A stretch of DNA of 62,474 bases, filler included. It is 4 parts of 4 records of this genome, joined end to end, with 100 filler letters (N's around TTAATTAATTAA, not from the genome) between each part and the next. Parts side by side here need not be neighbours in the genome. Positions count along the whole stretch, not along the records: positions 54,979 to 62,474 come from DRR723986_608; 3 more parts are not named here. The stretch is one strand, 5' to 3'. Position 1 is the first letter of the stretch. Every line of letters starts with the position of its first letter. Both the position numbers and the translations under genes were made by a program. This document shows, in pieces, positions 60,905 through 62,474 of this stretch. The notes below the pieces were generated by a model, which did no database searches, was not told where the DNA came from, and saw only the letters and a list, made by a program, of their open reading frames with translations.

Positions 60905-61942
60905 TCACGGCAGCAGAGCCGGAGCATTCAGGCCCATGGTTTCATCCAGACTGAACATGATATTCATATTCTGAACGGCCTGGCCGGCGGCGCCCTTCAC
61001 CAAATTGTCGATCACCGATGACACAATCACGATGTTGCTGTCTTCCTGGCGGTGTAATGCCATCCGACAGTGATTGGCGCCACGGACACTGCGGGTCTCC
61101 GGATGACTGCCGAACGGCATGACATCGACGAACGGCTCATTTTTATAACGCGCCTCATACAGTGCCTGAAGGCGGTCAAAATCCTGAGGATTATCGAGCT
61201 CGGCATAGAGCGTGGCTTCAATACCGCGAATCATCGGTATCAGATGCGGCACAAAGGTAACACCAACACCTTTGCCCGCGGCGGCCGTCAGGCCCTGGCG
61301 GATCTCCGGCAAATGCCGATGCCCGGACGCCCCATAGGCCTTGAAACTCTCGCCTATTTCACCGTGGAGCATGCCAATCTTGCCCTGCCGGCCAGCACCG
61401 CTGGCGCCGGACTTGGCATCGGCTATCAGCCTTGCAGGATTGACCAGACCGTGTTCCAGCAACGGCAGGAATCCCAGCTGTACAGCTGTCGGATAACACC
61501 CTGGATTCGCCACCAGCTGAGCGTCACGAATGGCCTCGCGCGCCACCTCGGGCAAGCCGTACACTGCTTTTTCGGCCCAGTCGGCACTCTCGTGGGGCAT
61601 GCCATACCAGTTTGCCCAAGTATCAAGATCTTTCAGGCGGAAGTCCGCCGACAGGTCGACCACGCGAACACCTGAGGCCATCAATTCCGGAACCATGCGC
61701 ATGGCAACGCCATGCGGCGTGGCAAAAAACACCAGATCACAGCTCGCCAGCACCGATGCGTCAGGCTCGGAGAATTCAAGCTCATAATGGCCTCGCAGGT
61801 TGGGATACATATCAGCCACGGGCATACCCGCTTCCGATCGCGAGGTGATGCAGATAACCTCTGCTTCCGGGTGGGTAGCCAGAATTCTCAGCAGCTCTAC
61901 ACCCGTGTATCCGGTTCCGCCGACGATGCCTACTTTAATCAC
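60905..61942 (-). CDS. argC: N-acetyl-gamma-glutamyl-phosphate reductase
   Basis: [39 protein letters not shown]. Confidence 0.97.
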   Translation of the reverse strand: MIKVGIVGGTGYTGVELLRILATHPEAEVICITSRSEAGMPVADMYPNLRGHYELEFSEPDASVLASCDLVFFATPHGVAMRMVPELMASGVRVVDLSADFRLKDLDTWANWYGMPHESADWAEKAVYGLPEVAREAIRDAQLVANPGCYPTAVQLGFLPLLEHGLVNPARLIADAKSGASGAGRQGKIGMLHGEIGESFKAYGASGHRHLPEIRQGLTAAAGKGVGVTFVPHLIPMIRGIEATLYAELDNPQDFDRLQALYEARYKNEPFVDVMPFGSHPETRSVRGANHCRMALHRQEDSNIVIVSSVIDNLVKGAAGQAVQNMNIMFSLDETMGLNAPALLP

Positions 61943-62096
61943 TCTTATCTCCAACGTGGTCTGGACAGAATTGGGAAGTCAGGGCACGTAGTCTAACATG
62001 ATAAACCAAGGACTTATTGCAGCCTGCGGGCCCGCCGTTACAATGTTGTCAGAAATCTGCTGATGATCCCGACACTCCAACCGGAACACCCCGCCA

Positions 62097-62474
62097 ATGC
62101 GTAGCATCAGGCAACAGATTACCGAGAATCTGATCCCCGTATTCCGGCGGAAGCTCTCCGGCGTTGATGCCTTACCGCAATTGGCGGTTCTTGGCCTGCT
62201 GTCCGGCATTGTGACCGGCGGCGTAATCCTGCTTTTCCGACTCGCTATTGAATGGCCACTGGAGCATTTCCTGCCGGGCCAGGGTTCAGAGAGTTTCGAA
62301 GAGCTGGATCTGCTCACCCGAGGTCTTCTGCCACTGGCCGGGGCTCTGGGGCTGGGGCTGCTGTTGCACAAACTCGCCCTGCACGATCGCAAAGTCGGCA
62401 TCGTTCATATCATGGAGCGGCTGAACTACCATCAGGGCTACATCTCCTTCCGCAGTGCCATGGTTCAGTTTGTT
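62097..62474 (+). CDS. ClC-family chloride channel/antiporter (partial, runs off window)
   Basis: Own translation: LPQLAVLGLLSGIVTGGVILLFR...LPLAGAL..GLL...VGIVHIMERL.YHQG; divergent from argC. Confidence 0.75.
   Translation, partial: MRSIRQQITENLIPVFRRKLSGVDALPQLAVLGLLSGIVTGGVILLFRLAIEWPLEHFLPGQGSESFEELDLLTRGLLPLAGALGLGLLLHKLALHDRKVGIVHIMERLNYHQGYISFRSAMVQFV

Noticed and set aside
1-62474. CRISPR array, integrase, transposase or prophage
   Set aside because: No regularly spaced repeats and no cas, integrase, transposase or phage proteins recognised

Overview
The window is not one genome segment. It is four contigs joined by three identical artificial 100-nt spacers (44 N + TTAATTAATTAA + 44 N). 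(A) 1-15403 is from an FCB-group (Bacteroidota-related) bacterium. It has two DUF2569 membrane proteins, a multiply frameshifted pseudogene, tam, a DUF2235 hydrolase and a complete heme-uptake locus: TonB receptor, tandem-HmuY lipoprotein, T9SS-secreted tandem-HmuY paralog, HemS/ChuS and HmuTUV. A repeated palindromic operator (TTAGACT-n-AGTCTAA type) occurs three times. (B) 15504-45001 is from a Burkholderiales bacterium, probably Limnobacter-like. It is mostly housekeeping (purT, holB-tmk-mltG, ygfZ, selO-msrB, lepA-lepB-rnc-era-recO-pdxJ-acpS-nagZ). It also contains the likely chromosomal dif site (23066-23093), with KOPS octamers switching strand around it, and a GlyGly-CTERM subtilase. 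(C) 45102-54878 is Marinobacter-like: a dpp-type ABC operon with LysR and pepQ, cidA/lrgB, yaeQ, and a 3'-truncated tRNA-Arg(CCG) followed by the start of a second copy. (D) 54979-62474 is Marinobacter-like: three tandem rRNA-type promoters, tyrS, an M23 peptidase, anmK, erpA with an IscR site, bactofilin, argC and a partial ClC gene. The best candidate for an under-described system is the paired secreted/anchored double-HmuY hemophore locus with its operator regulon. All family and taxon calls come from motif recognition by eye; no searches were run.
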